Shown here one piece after another: positions 30,452 to 39,805 of a stretch of 64,000 bases of DNA (its first letter is position 1; each line of letters opens with the position of its first letter). Origin of the DNA: Mycobacterium sp. GTDB lineage: Bacteria > Actinomycetota > Actinomycetes > Mycobacteriales > Mycobacteriaceae. Below the pieces are notes generated by a model. The model searched no databases. It was not told the DNA's origin and saw only the letters and a list, made by a program, of their open reading frames with translations. The stretch is taken from the NCBI GenBank assembly GCA_035506875.1, contig DATJOR010000162.1, forward strand, positions 3,956 through 67,955, written 5' to 3'. The translations under genes and the position numbers were made by a program.

Positions 30452-30922
30452 ATGCGGCAGACCATCACAACCGAGCACCGTGGAACCCGCTACCCGATCG
30501 CTGAGACGCTCTGGGTCGCTGCCGGCATCATTTTAATGCTCGCCTTCGGGGACGCCTTGGCCCTGATAGTCATCGTTTTGGCAGTCGCGGGCATTGCTGT
30601 GGCTTGGTGGGTCCACCGGACAATCGAGCATCGCCTGGGCAGCAAGGGCCAGGCCGTGATCGCCCCATTCGTCCTCGCCGTCGCGGCCGTGGGTGCGGTA
30701 TTGACGCTCGCTACGCCGGCGCAGGCCGCGACCATCAACAACCGTTTCGACATCTGCGGGGCGCTGCGGAGCGGCACGAGCCTGGCCACCATCGAAACCA
30801 CCCTTGAGGACCGCGGCTACAGCGCAACTAACGCCGGTGCGCTCACCGGCACCACCATTCGCCAGCTGTGCCCGGATCAGGCCGCCGGTGTGATGGCGCA
30901 GTTATCCCCACAACGCGGTTAG
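30452..30922 (+). CDS. Membrane protein with C-terminal DUF732-like domain
   Basis: Two TM segments, an internal signal-like segment (TPAQA), ICGAL..LCP. Confidence 0.6.
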   Translation: MRQTITTEHRGTRYPIAETLWVAAGIILMLAFGDALALIVIVLAVAGIAVAWWVHRTIEHRLGSKGQAVIAPFVLAVAAVGAVLTLATPAQAATINNRFDICGALRSGTSLATIETTLEDRGYSATNAGALTGTTIRQLCPDQAAGVMAQLSPQRG

Positions 30923-30952
30923 ACGGACCTTTGACCTGTCACCATTGAGATC

Positions 30953-31093
30953 GTGAGCGCCGCGATTTGGGTGGTACTGATTCTCCTGGCCATTGGCATC
31001 GTGGTCGAGAGCCTTCTCCGGCTGAGGAAGTACTTGAATAGTGCGCCCCCAGGCCACGACATCAAACCACCGGCCGACGGCGGTGCTGAGTAA
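30953..31093 (+). CDS. 46-aa single-TM small protein (not in the ORF track)
   Basis: MSAAIWVVLILLAIGIVVESLLRLRKYLNSAPPGHDIKPPADGGAE*. Confidence 0.55.
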   Translation: MSAAIWVVLILLAIGIVVESLLRLRKYLNSAPPGHDIKPPADGGAE

Positions 31094-31102
31094 GCGATAC
31101 GC

Positions 31103-31519
31103 TCAGCAGCCCACTTCGATCTTGAACGGTGCCGTCACTGAGACGCGTGGATCGTTGAGCTGGGATCCTTCGGCCGTGCCGGTGATGGTGTATCGGCCGT
31201 CGGCGAAAACGGCTTTCGCATCACCGGCTCCGACGTCGGCGACACCGGTGAAGCCCGCGAAGTTGTCGATGTTGACCGATTGAATTTTCGGCTTTTCGGA
31301 ATCGAGCTTTAGCAACACCCGGACATTTGCCGGCGCGGCGGCGATGTTCGCGGTCAACAACCACTGCACCTGACTGCACGTAATGGCGTGCGAGGTGCGG
31401 GTGTTGTTGTCGACGGTGATGCGCGCGGTCTTCTCCGTCGCCTTGTCCGAACCGAAGCATCCCGCGCAGGACGCCACCACTAGAACCGTCACCGCCGCGG
31501 TGACGAACCGACCTCCCAC
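31103..31519 (-). CDS. LpqH (19-kDa)-family lipoprotein
   Basis: RBS GGAGG, lipobox-like VASCAGC, YTITGTAEG, PFKIEVGC. Confidence 0.85.
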   Translation of the reverse strand: MGGRFVTAAVTVLVVASCAGCFGSDKATEKTARITVDNNTRTSHAITCSQVQWLLTANIAAAPANVRVLLKLDSEKPKIQSVNIDNFAGFTGVADVGAGDAKAVFADGRYTITGTAEGSQLNDPRVSVTAPFKIEVGC

Positions 31520-31616
31520 CGCGCACCTCCATTCCGACAGCCGCTTATGCGCGCCTCGTCGCACGCTTTTTCTATCAGCCGCGAGGCCGTCTTCGGGAGT
31601 AAATGTGCGTGCTCGG

Positions 31617-32459
31617 CTACGTGAGCGAGATCCGGCCCATGAGCAAGTCGATGATGGGCTTGCCGGCGGCGAAGGTCCCGGTGTTCGACGAATTCACGTG
31701 TCCGTAGTCGACAAGAAGGGTGACGCCGTTGATGCCGGCGGCGGCGTCGCTGTTGAGAAACGCCATCACATTACCCATCTGCTCCGGCGTGTGGGTGGCG
31801 ACGCCGGTGGCCTCTCGGTAGTCCTGCGCGAAGGTCAGCCACAGATCGGCGTTGGCCCGTGCCAGGGGAGTATCCGTCGGGCCCGGGCAGATCGCGTTGA
31901 TGCGCACGCCCCTTGCCAGGAAAGGAAATGCGTGCGTCGCGACATACGCGTTGATGGCCTGCTTGCTGGTGCCGTAATGGCCGAAGTTGTCCGCCTCATG
32001 GGCCTTTGACCAGGCGTCCGCGGACTCGAAGTCAGGCGTGGCCAAGAACTCCTGCAGCCGCGGCAAATCGCTCTCCCAGCCGATGCCGGCCACCGAGGAG
32101 ATAAAGCAGATCGCCGAACCGCGGTTCAGTTGACCGCCGTTCATCAGCCGGTCGATCACGTGCCGATGCCCGATGAAGTTGATCTTCATCAGGTCCGGGC
32201 CGTCGGCAATACCCGCGGCGGAGAACAACGCGTCGACGGGCCCGCCGACCTGCTCGAGTGCGCTGTCGATCGATGCGGGGTCCCGCAGGTCAACCTGGAT
32301 CCCGCGACCGAGGTCTGAGGAGACTGGCGCGTAGTCCAGGTTGATGACCTCAGCCCCGAGAGCGCCGACGATCTTGGCCGCCGCGGCGCCCATACCGGTT
32401 GCACCTCCGACTACCAACGCCCGCTTGCCGTCGTAGCGGAACTGCTCGATACCAGTCAT
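31617..32459 (-). CDS. SDR oxidoreductase (3-alpha-HSD/coniferyl-alcohol dehydrogenase-like)
   Basis: GGATGMG, YGTSK, ICPGPTDTP. Confidence 0.88.
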   Translation of the reverse strand: MTGIEQFRYDGKRALVVGGATGMGAAAAKIVGALGAEVINLDYAPVSSDLGRGIQVDLRDPASIDSALEQVGGPVDALFSAAGIADGPDLMKINFIGHRHVIDRLMNGGQLNRGSAICFISSVAGIGWESDLPRLQEFLATPDFESADAWSKAHEADNFGHYGTSKQAINAYVATHAFPFLARGVRINAICPGPTDTPLARANADLWLTFAQDYREATGVATHTPEQMGNVMAFLNSDAAAGINGVTLLVDYGHVNSSNTGTFAAGKPIIDLLMGRISLT

Positions 32460-32511
32460 TTCAATCCTCTCTTGGGACGCCAACTGTAAGGCTCACGAGT
32501 ACTGTACTCAG

Positions 32512-32525
32512 AACAGATATTTGGT
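32512..32525. promoter_or_regulatory. Putative operator, site 1
   Basis: AACAGATATTTGGT, close to palindrome ACCAAATATTTGGT. Confidence 0.7.
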
Positions 32526-32555
32526 ATGCGGCAGCGGTCGTTTCGTCGGATACCT

Positions 32556-33839
32556 TCACTTCCGTGCGCCGCGGTCGACGACGCCGCGTATCACGGTGTC
32601 ACGGGCGTTGACCAGCGCAGCATGCTTGCCCTCAGCCCGCACGATGTTCTCTGGCATCCACAGAATGTCCATCACACAGCGGGCCAGCATTGCCAGCGAC
32701 GGTGGATCCTCGATCCGGATGTCGCCGGACTGGATCCCCTCCGACAACAACGTCCGCAGCTGGCGCAGTCGCATGGTGAACGCCAGCCCCGGATTGGGCG
32801 TGTCGGGCGGCGACTGACGCATCCACGCGAGTTGGATCTTCCACTCGTCGGGAAACTGGTCCAAGGCGTTGATGTTGACCCAGCTGAGCGCATCAAGCTT
32901 TTCGATGGGTGTCGCGTCTGAGCGCAGCACGCTGGCGAATCCACCACCGGCTTTTATGCCGAACGACTCCATGATCGAGGCGAGCAATTCGTCTTTCGAC
33001 CCGATCAGCCGATAGACGGTCCCGGTACCCATGCCCGCCGCCGACGCGATGTCCCGGATGGTGGTGACTTCGTAGCCTTTCCTGCCGAACTCGGCTCGTG
33101 CCACCGCTCGGACGTGCGCCGCCTTGTCGTTGGCACCGGACTCACTTTCGTCGCTCCACGTCTTGATAGCCGCCTCGGCGGCCGCGAAAGCAGGGGAGCC
33201 GTCCAAATCCCGATCGGTGGGCGGTCGAGCGGCCAGACCATGCAACATGATGCGGCACAACACAAGTGCGGTCTGATCGGCCGGGGCGGTGTGCCGAACG
33301 ACATCGAGTCCGACGTGCATCATGGTCTGGCAGATGCGGTCGGCGAGCGTTGGAAGATCGATGTCGGATCTGATGTAGCCGCTCCACTTACCGGCGCGCA
33401 GTGTTTGCAGCATTGCGTCCTGGACCGCGGTGGGCGGCTTTTGAAGCAGCTCAACAAGCTCCGGATTGGCACTCGGCGCTTCATAGAACGACATCTGCAG
33501 TGCGGCGCGATGCTGCACCGCGCAACGCGCGATCGCCGCCCCCAACTCGAAGATCTCGTTGGCGGCCGAACGCGAGTCGGGCTTGTCCAATCTTTGGTGA
33601 GCGATCTCGCCGATGCGATCCAAGTCGGCGTAGTACCGATGGACCAGTTCAACGAGGATGGCTTCTTTCGATTCGAAGTGGTGATACAAGCTTCCCGGCA
33701 AAATGCCCGCGGCGTCGGCAATCTCCTGTAGCGAGGTGCGCAGCCCCGATGAGGCGATCAATGACGCCGCCGTTTGTAAGATTTCGGTCCGGCGTGTGCC
33801 GTCGTCATAGGCGCCGCCGCGGCTGTCGGTCGGCGTCAT
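32556..33839 (-). CDS. Tandem double-TetR transcriptional regulator
   Basis: Two HTHs: TSLQEIADAAGILPGSLYHHFESKE and TTIRDIASAAGMGTGTVYRLIGSKD. Confidence 0.92.
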   Translation of the reverse strand: MTPTDSRGGAYDDGTRRTEILQTAASLIASSGLRTSLQEIADAAGILPGSLYHHFESKEAILVELVHRYYADLDRIGEIAHQRLDKPDSRSAANEIFELGAAIARCAVQHRAALQMSFYEAPSANPELVELLQKPPTAVQDAMLQTLRAGKWSGYIRSDIDLPTLADRICQTMMHVGLDVVRHTAPADQTALVLCRIMLHGLAARPPTDRDLDGSPAFAAAEAAIKTWSDESESGANDKAAHVRAVARAEFGRKGYEVTTIRDIASAAGMGTGTVYRLIGSKDELLASIMESFGIKAGGGFASVLRSDATPIEKLDALSWVNINALDQFPDEWKIQLAWMRQSPPDTPNPGLAFTMRLRQLRTLLSEGIQSGDIRIEDPPSLAMLARCVMDILWMPENIVRAEGKHAALVNARDTVIRGVVDRGARK

Positions 33840-33959
33840 GTGCGGACGTCGGGCTCGGCCAGCGCGCGCAGGCGAATCGACATCGGGCAAGTCTAGGCGC
33901 GCGGAGACCCCGGCGGCTGCGGCCTGGGAAGGTTGCTGAAGCCCCACGACACCTCCGTG

Positions 33960-33973
33960 ACCCAATATTTGGT
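33960..33973. promoter_or_regulatory. Putative operator, site 2 (upstream of the TetR gene)
   Basis: ACCCAATATTTGGT. Confidence 0.7.
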
Positions 33974-34006
33974 TCAGACGCTACCAGCTTGCTGTGCAAA
34001 TCGGAT

Positions 34007-34654
34007 CTACCACGACGGGCCGCTCCAGCGATCGACGGTGACAACCTCGTTCAGCGGACGCCTGGGCGCGGGCCTGAAGGTGTGCCCGGCGCGCAGACGG
34101 GCGACCGGCAGCAGGCAGCCTTGCGCATGACCTTCCGGGATCTCCAGCAGCTGTGCGACGGCGTCCTCGTGGTGCAGGTGCAGCGTGGTCACGCAGGTGC
34201 CGTAGCCACGGGCATGCAATGCCAGCTGAAAGTTCCACACCGCCGGGAAGATCGAGCCGTACAGAGTCGCCTGATAGAAGGATTCGTCGCCGTCGATGCG
34301 CGGCAAATATGGCTGGTAGCAGGGGATTACGAGTAAAGGCACATCCGCTAAGTTCTCGACCAGCCATTCGGTCGACGACATGAGCCGGCCCTCCGGGCTG
34401 CCCGCCGGTAGCAGATCGCCGAGCAGATGGCCGCCGACTCGGAGCAGATAGGCGGCCCGATAGACCTCCGCAATTTTTTGCCGCAGCGCGGGATCGGCGA
34501 TGACCAACCATCGCCACGACTGCTGGTTGGAGCCATTCGCTGCCTGCAAACCGATCCGAAGGCATTCGCGGATGTCATCGATGTCGACGTCGGCATCCAG
34601 GTCGAGCGATCTTCGGGCCGACCTGGTAGTGGTAAGAAGTTGCTCAATGTCCAT
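34007..34654 (-). CDS. Nitroreductase-family flavoprotein
   Basis: TTRSARR, QAANGSNQQSWRW, SIFPAVWNFQLAL. Confidence 0.92.
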   Translation of the reverse strand: MDIEQLLTTTRSARRSLDLDADVDIDDIRECLRIGLQAANGSNQQSWRWLVIADPALRQKIAEVYRAAYLLRVGGHLLGDLLPAGSPEGRLMSSTEWLVENLADVPLLVIPCYQPYLPRIDGDESFYQATLYGSIFPAVWNFQLALHARGYGTCVTTLHLHHEDAVAQLLEIPEGHAQGCLLPVARLRAGHTFRPAPRRPLNEVVTVDRWSGPSW

Positions 34655-34674
34655 GATGTCTCATTGGGCTTAGC

Positions 34675-35613
34675 TCATTGCCCGAAGACATTCACGCCAA
34701 GCCTTTCGCACACCGCGAAGACCTCCTCGAAGATCGAGCCGGGGACCGTGAACGGCTCGGTGGCAGAGACTTCGGCGAGATGCGCAGCGACATCGTCGGC
34801 GGACGGGTTGCTGTCCGCTTCGGCGAGCCAACCTTCGCCGAGGCCGACGAAGACCCGCGCGAAGCGTCCGGCACATGCCGAATAGTTCTGGTGGGTGAAT
34901 TCGCAAGCGCGGCTGGCCAAAAACGCAACGATCGGGACGACCAACTCGGGCTGGATAATCTTCAGAAATCCGGTCTCCTCAAGCGCTTTGGGATCCCCGA
35001 CAGTTTCAGTCACCATGCGTGAAAAGCCGAACGGCAACACGGTATTCGCGAGGATACCGTGTTGGGCGCCTTCAATCGCGATGACATTGGCCAGCCCGAC
35101 CAGACCCGCTTTGGCGGCCGCGTAATGGGCCTCCATCGGCTGCCCGAACATGCCACCGGAGGAGGAGATGAACACGAACCGCCCGTAGCCGGCGGCCTTC
35201 ATCTCCCGGTATGCCGGTTGGCTCAAATAGAACCCACCGTCGAGGTGCACGCTGAGCATCCGCCGCCAGTGGGCTTGTGACATGTCCTCGAAGGCCACGC
35301 TGTTGAAAATGCCCGCGTTACTCACCACCGCATCGAGGCGACCGAATCGGTCGATCGCGGTGCGGACGATCGCTTCGCCGCCCTCCGGGCTGTCCACCGA
35401 ATCATGTGACGCCGCGGCGACACCACCGGCGCGCTCGATCTCCTCGACGACGGCGTCCGCGACGCTGGTGTCCGCACCATCCCCGTGCATGGATCCGCCC
35501 AGGTCGTTGACCACCACTGCGGCGCCGCGGTGTGCTAACTCGATCGCATACAGGCGTCCGAGCCCGCGGCCGGCACCGGTGACGATCGCCACCTGCCCGG
35601 TGAAGTCGATCAT
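34675..35613 (-). CDS. SDR (MFE-2/3-hydroxyacyl-CoA dehydrogenase-like)
   Basis: TGAGRGLG, VVVNDLGG, NAGI, YAAAK. Confidence 0.9.
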   Translation of the reverse strand: MIDFTGQVAIVTGAGRGLGRLYAIELAHRGAAVVVNDLGGSMHGDGADTSVADAVVEEIERAGGVAAASHDSVDSPEGGEAIVRTAIDRFGRLDAVVSNAGIFNSVAFEDMSQAHWRRMLSVHLDGGFYLSQPAYREMKAAGYGRFVFISSSGGMFGQPMEAHYAAAKAGLVGLANVIAIEGAQHGILANTVLPFGFSRMVTETVGDPKALEETGFLKIIQPELVVPIVAFLASRACEFTHQNYSACAGRFARVFVGLGEGWLAEADSNPSADDVAAHLAEVSATEPFTVPGSIFEEVFAVCERLGVNVFGQ

Positions 35614-35632
35614 CGCTACTCCTCCCAAGGGG

Positions 35633-36733
35633 TTAGCGCAGGACGGATTCGACGAACTGCGCGCCGACGTCGACGAGATAGCGGTCGGGTCCGCCCAGAA
35701 ACGCGTTCCAGCTGAGCAGCCGCTTGAAATACAGATGCGCGTCGTGCTCCCAGGTGTAGCCGATGCCACCGAATACCTGGATGGCGTTATCGGCAACGCC
35801 TGCCAGCCGGCCGGCGAACGCCTTGGCGCGCACCGCCGCCAGGTGCCGCTCGTCACGATCGGCGGCGTCGGCAGCCCATAAGGCGTGGATCACGCCGCTG
35901 CGTGCGAGTTCTACCGTCTCGTACATGTCGACGCAGAGGTGCTGTACTGCCTGGAACGCGCCGATCGGCTGCCCGAATTGCCGCCGAACTTTCGCGTATT
36001 CGACGGCAAGGTGCAGCACTGCCCGCGCGGCACCGAGCGCGTCCGCGGCCCACGCGATGACCACGTCATCGACGAGCGCCTCGACGGTCTCCGCCGAGGC
36101 GGTGGCCAGATGTTGTGCGGGCGTGTCGTCGAGACCGACGCGAAAGTGCTTGCGGGTCTGGTTGATTCCGCTTTGCGGCGTGATGTCGATGCCCGGCGCC
36201 GAGGTCTGGACTGCGAAGAGCCCGGTGCCGTCCTGTCCGTCGGCCAGCACGAGCAGGACGTCAGCGGCGGCGATGTCGAAGACGCCGTCGAGCGCCCCGC
36301 GCAGCACAAAACCACCGCCCTGTTGGACGGCAGCTGGGCGAGCGCCGTCCAGCGGGCCTACCGTGGCAGTGGTGGAACCGTCCGCGATACCGCTGAAAAG
36401 CGGCGCAGCCGTGGCGCTTTCCACGCCGAACCGCGTCAATGCGCGAGGCGCGGCGACCGCGGTGGACAGCCACGGTCCGGGGTGTAGCCCGGCGCCGAGC
36501 TCCTCGAGGACGATGCCGGCCTCGATCATCGTCATGCCGGCGCCGTCGTATTCCGGTGGCACCAGCAGCCCAGTCGTGCCCAACTCGACAAGCCCCCGCC
36601 AGACCGCTTCGGTGGAGCCTCTCGGATCCTCGAGCATCGGACGGACATGCTCGGCAATCGACGCCTTTTCGGCAAGAAAGCTCCGCACGGTGTCGCGCAG
36701 CGCGATCTGCTCGTCGCTCAGTTCCAGGTTCAT
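35633..36733 (-). CDS. Acyl-CoA dehydrogenase, beta-type subunit
   Basis: RRQFGQPIGAFQAVQH, QVFGGIGYTWEH. Confidence 0.9.
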   Translation of the reverse strand: MNLELSDEQIALRDTVRSFLAEKASIAEHVRPMLEDPRGSTEAVWRGLVELGTTGLLVPPEYDGAGMTMIEAGIVLEELGAGLHPGPWLSTAVAAPRALTRFGVESATAAPLFSGIADGSTTATVGPLDGARPAAVQQGGGFVLRGALDGVFDIAAADVLLVLADGQDGTGLFAVQTSAPGIDITPQSGINQTRKHFRVGLDDTPAQHLATASAETVEALVDDVVIAWAADALGAARAVLHLAVEYAKVRRQFGQPIGAFQAVQHLCVDMYETVELARSGVIHALWAADAADRDERHLAAVRAKAFAGRLAGVADNAIQVFGGIGYTWEHDAHLYFKRLLSWNAFLGGPDRYLVDVGAQFVESVLR

Positions 36734-37887
36734 GAGCGCGGCAGCCCGAGGACTCGCTGCGCGGTGATGTTCTTGTTGATCTGCGTTGTGCCGCCCGCGA
36801 TGGTGAGTGAGCGTGACGTCAAGCGATAGTCGGCCCACCGGCGGGCGCCGGGGCGCGAGCCGATCAGGTCGAATGCGAGCGCCGCGATCTCCTGCCCGAC
36901 TTCGCCCCAGATCGTCTTGGCAAGGCTTGCCGACCCGAAGGCGTCGCCGCCGTGCAGAATCGCCGAGATCGAGCGCTGGCACAGCACTTCGAGATATTTG
37001 ATGCGCAAGGCGATTTCGCCGAGGCGCCGCAATGTCGTGGCGTCGTCGAGCACGGGTCGACCATCGATGCGGATGTCTGCGAGGTCGGCGACCAGTTCCG
37101 TCAGCCGCATCTGCATCTCGGTGTACAGGCGCGCCGCGCCGGCACGCTCGTGGCTCAGCGTCGTTGTGGCGATCCGCCAGCCTCCGTTCTCCGGGCCGAG
37201 CAACGCATCCGCGGGCACCCGCACGTCGTTGAGGAAAACTTCCGCGAAGTCGGCCTCACCGCTGAGCGTGACGAGCGGTCGGACCTTGATGCCGGGCAAC
37301 GACATATCAACAATCAGGCAGGAGATGCCCTTGTGCTTCGGTGCGTCGGGGTCCGTACGCACATAAAGCTGACACCAGTCGGCAAGGTAGCCCAACGAGG
37401 TCCAGATCTTCTGGCCGTTGACCACGAAATGATCGCCGTCACGCACCGCGCGCGTGCGCAGTGACGCAAGATCCGAGCCCGCTTCGGGCTCCGACATTCC
37501 CTGGCACCAGATATCGTCGGCGCGCATCATCCGGGGGAGCAGTGTGCGCTTTTGGGCTTCGGTGCCGTATTGCATGAGCGCGGGCGCGATGTTGTTCATC
37601 CCGATCACGTTGAGCGGCATCGGCACCCGAGCGCGGGTGGTCTCCTCGGCGTACACCAGTTGCTCGAGCACCGTTGCGCCGCGGCCGCCGTACTCCTGCG
37701 GCCAGGACACCGCGGCCCACCCGGCGTCGGCCATCGTCGCGTTCCACGCTCGAAGTTTTTCGAACGCGGCGTCATCCTTGCCGCGCTGGCGGCCGGCGGC
37801 CACCACGTCGTCTGTCAGGTTCGCGGCCAACCACGCGCGCAGTTCCTTGCGGACCTGTTCCACCTCTGGTGGGTACGAGAAATCCAC
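36730..37887 (-). CDS. Acyl-CoA dehydrogenase, alpha-type subunit
   Basis: WCQGMSEPEAGSDL, NGQKIWTS, TIAGGT; ATGA overlap with its partner. Confidence 0.92.
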   Translation of the reverse strand: MDFSYPPEVEQVRKELRAWLAANLTDDVVAAGRQRGKDDAAFEKLRAWNATMADAGWAAVSWPQEYGGRGATVLEQLVYAEETTRARVPMPLNVIGMNNIAPALMQYGTEAQKRTLLPRMMRADDIWCQGMSEPEAGSDLASLRTRAVRDGDHFVVNGQKIWTSLGYLADWCQLYVRTDPDAPKHKGISCLIVDMSLPGIKVRPLVTLSGEADFAEVFLNDVRVPADALLGPENGGWRIATTTLSHERAGAARLYTEMQMRLTELVADLADIRIDGRPVLDDATTLRRLGEIALRIKYLEVLCQRSISAILHGGDAFGSASLAKTIWGEVGQEIAALAFDLIGSRPGARRWADYRLTSRSLTIAGGTTQINKNITAQRVLGLPRS

Positions 37888-37941
37888 GTTGTCTTGTTTA
37901 CCTCGCGTGATTGACGGCGGCCAAGCCGGACTTTACGTTGG

Positions 37942-37955
37942 AACAGATATTTGGT
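37942..37955. promoter_or_regulatory. Putative operator, site 3 (divergent fadE/VWA promoter)
   Basis: AACAGATATTTGGT, identical to site 1. Confidence 0.72.
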
Positions 37956-37979
37956 CAACGAGGTCCTGGGAGGTCGGCC

Positions 37980-39671
37980 GTGACAGGCGATCGGTTGCCG
38001 GCCCTGGGCATGCTCGCATCCGCGCTTGCGGGCCGACCCGTGGCGGTGGCCGAATTGCCACCGGGAGAGCCCTCGTGGACGGACGGCCGGACGATTTATG
38101 TCGACCCCTCCGCGAAGCTCGCGACGATTGCCGTACACGCGTCGATGCTCGCCGCCGGCAGCCTGCACCCTGACGTGGTCCGTCCCCTGGTCCACCACCC
38201 GCGACTGGCCAGGCGCTTTCTGGCCATCGAGGGTCACCGCGCGCTGATCGCCAACAGTGCGCTGTTACCAGGCGTTTTGGCGTCGGTGGGCGACCGTGAA
38301 ATCGCGGGCCGCACCGACTCGCCTGCCGCTTCGCTCAGCATCGCCGCCGAACGGGCGGTAATTGATGGCCCGCCGCCGGAGTTCGGCGTGATCCGCGCGG
38401 CGAAGGTATTGGCTGCGTCATCGGGCAAAGAACAGGATCAGGAAACCCCCGGCCACGTTCCGCGGGGCGGCGGTAAGAAGGAGCTTGAAGAGCTCCCGGA
38501 TTTTCAAGACGCCGACATCGACGACGCCGACGACCCGGACCTGTTCACCAGCCCGGTCGGCGGGGGCGGCTTCATCGGTAAGTGGTTGAAGAAGATGTTG
38601 TCTTCAAAAAGGAAGAAGTCGCGCAGCAGCGGCGGCGGGCCGCCCGGTGCGGACAATCCCACCCACCGCACCAACTCGGCGAACCGCGGGTTATACGCCG
38701 TCTCGTCGCTGGCCGTCACGTCGAGCGGGGACGGTGACGACGACAAAATACTCAGGGCCGCCGACGGCGTGCAGTATCCGGAATGGGACGTCACCCGCAA
38801 GAGCTACCGGCCCGCGTGGTGCACGGTGCGTGAGGTCGAGCCGAAGATCAGCGCCCACTTTTTTAAGGCGACCCCGCCACTCGACGAAGCCATCAGCGTG
38901 CGCCGCCCGCTGTCGCGACTGGGCATGGGTCTGCACCGCCGCCACCGCCAATCGCAGGGCGACGACATCGATATCGACGCGGCAGTGGAAGCCCGGGTCG
39001 AGGTATTGGCCGGGTCGGTGCCCGACGAGGCGGTCTACCTCGACAGCCTGCGGCGCCGACGTGACCTGTCGGTGCTGCTGCTTCTTGATGTGTCGGGCTC
39101 GGCAGCGGAGCCCGGGACGGTGGGCCGCACCGTGCACGAACAACAGCTTGCGGCCGTCGCCAGCCTGACCGTCGCGCTGCACGACCTAGGCGATCGAGTT
39201 GCGTTGTACGCCTACTACTCTCAGGGCCGGGGCGCGGTCAGCATGGTGCCCGTCAAACGATTTAACGACCACCTCGACTCGCAAGTCATGAAGCGGCTGA
39301 ACAGCCTCCAGCCCGGCGCATTCTCCCGCCTCGGAGCGGCCATCCGCCACGGCTCGGCGGTTCTGGAGGCACGCGGAGGCACATCGCGGCGGCTGTTGGT
39401 GGTGTTGTCCGACGGACTCGCGTATGACCACGGGTATGAGCGGGCCTACGGAGCCGCCGACGCGCGCCGGGCGTTGACCGAGGCCCGCCGCCGGGGTACA
39501 GGTTGTGTGGGCCTGACTATCGGCGCGGGAACCGACGTGCAATCCCTTCGCCGAGTATTCGGCAGCGCGGCGCATGCCACGATCGCACGCCCTGATCAAC
39601 TCGCCGGTGTGATCGGACCACTGTTCCAATCGGCACTGCGCTCGGCGGAAGTTCGCCGGAGGACGTTATGA
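37980..39671 (+). CDS. NorD/CbbO-like VWA-domain protein
   Basis: YPEWD, GDDIDIDAAVE, MIDAS DVSGS, RLGAAIRH, LSDG; RBS GGAGG before GTG 37980. Confidence 0.9.
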   Translation: MTGDRLPALGMLASALAGRPVAVAELPPGEPSWTDGRTIYVDPSAKLATIAVHASMLAAGSLHPDVVRPLVHHPRLARRFLAIEGHRALIANSALLPGVLASVGDREIAGRTDSPAASLSIAAERAVIDGPPPEFGVIRAAKVLAASSGKEQDQETPGHVPRGGGKKELEELPDFQDADIDDADDPDLFTSPVGGGGFIGKWLKKMLSSKRKKSRSSGGGPPGADNPTHRTNSANRGLYAVSSLAVTSSGDGDDDKILRAADGVQYPEWDVTRKSYRPAWCTVREVEPKISAHFFKATPPLDEAISVRRPLSRLGMGLHRRHRQSQGDDIDIDAAVEARVEVLAGSVPDEAVYLDSLRRRRDLSVLLLLDVSGSAAEPGTVGRTVHEQQLAAVASLTVALHDLGDRVALYAYYSQGRGAVSMVPVKRFNDHLDSQVMKRLNSLQPGAFSRLGAAIRHGSAVLEARGGTSRRLLVVLSDGLAYDHGYERAYGAADARRALTEARRRGTGCVGLTIGAGTDVQSLRRVFGSAAHATIARPDQLAGVIGPLFQSALRSAEVRRRTL

Positions 39672-39805
39672 CGGGCGCGCTGATGCCATGTCCCAGAACG
39701 CAGTTGGCACAGCACCGCGTAACACCCGCTCGGGTGGCACTTGAAACAAACATCTGTTCCGATTAGGCTCCAGGCACCGCAGTGCGGCGGGGCAGAAGGG
39801 AAGCT

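Noticed and set aside
37911-37979. Longer N-terminus of the VWA protein
   Set aside because: It overlaps the operator/promoter; GTG 37980 has a clear GGAGG RBS.
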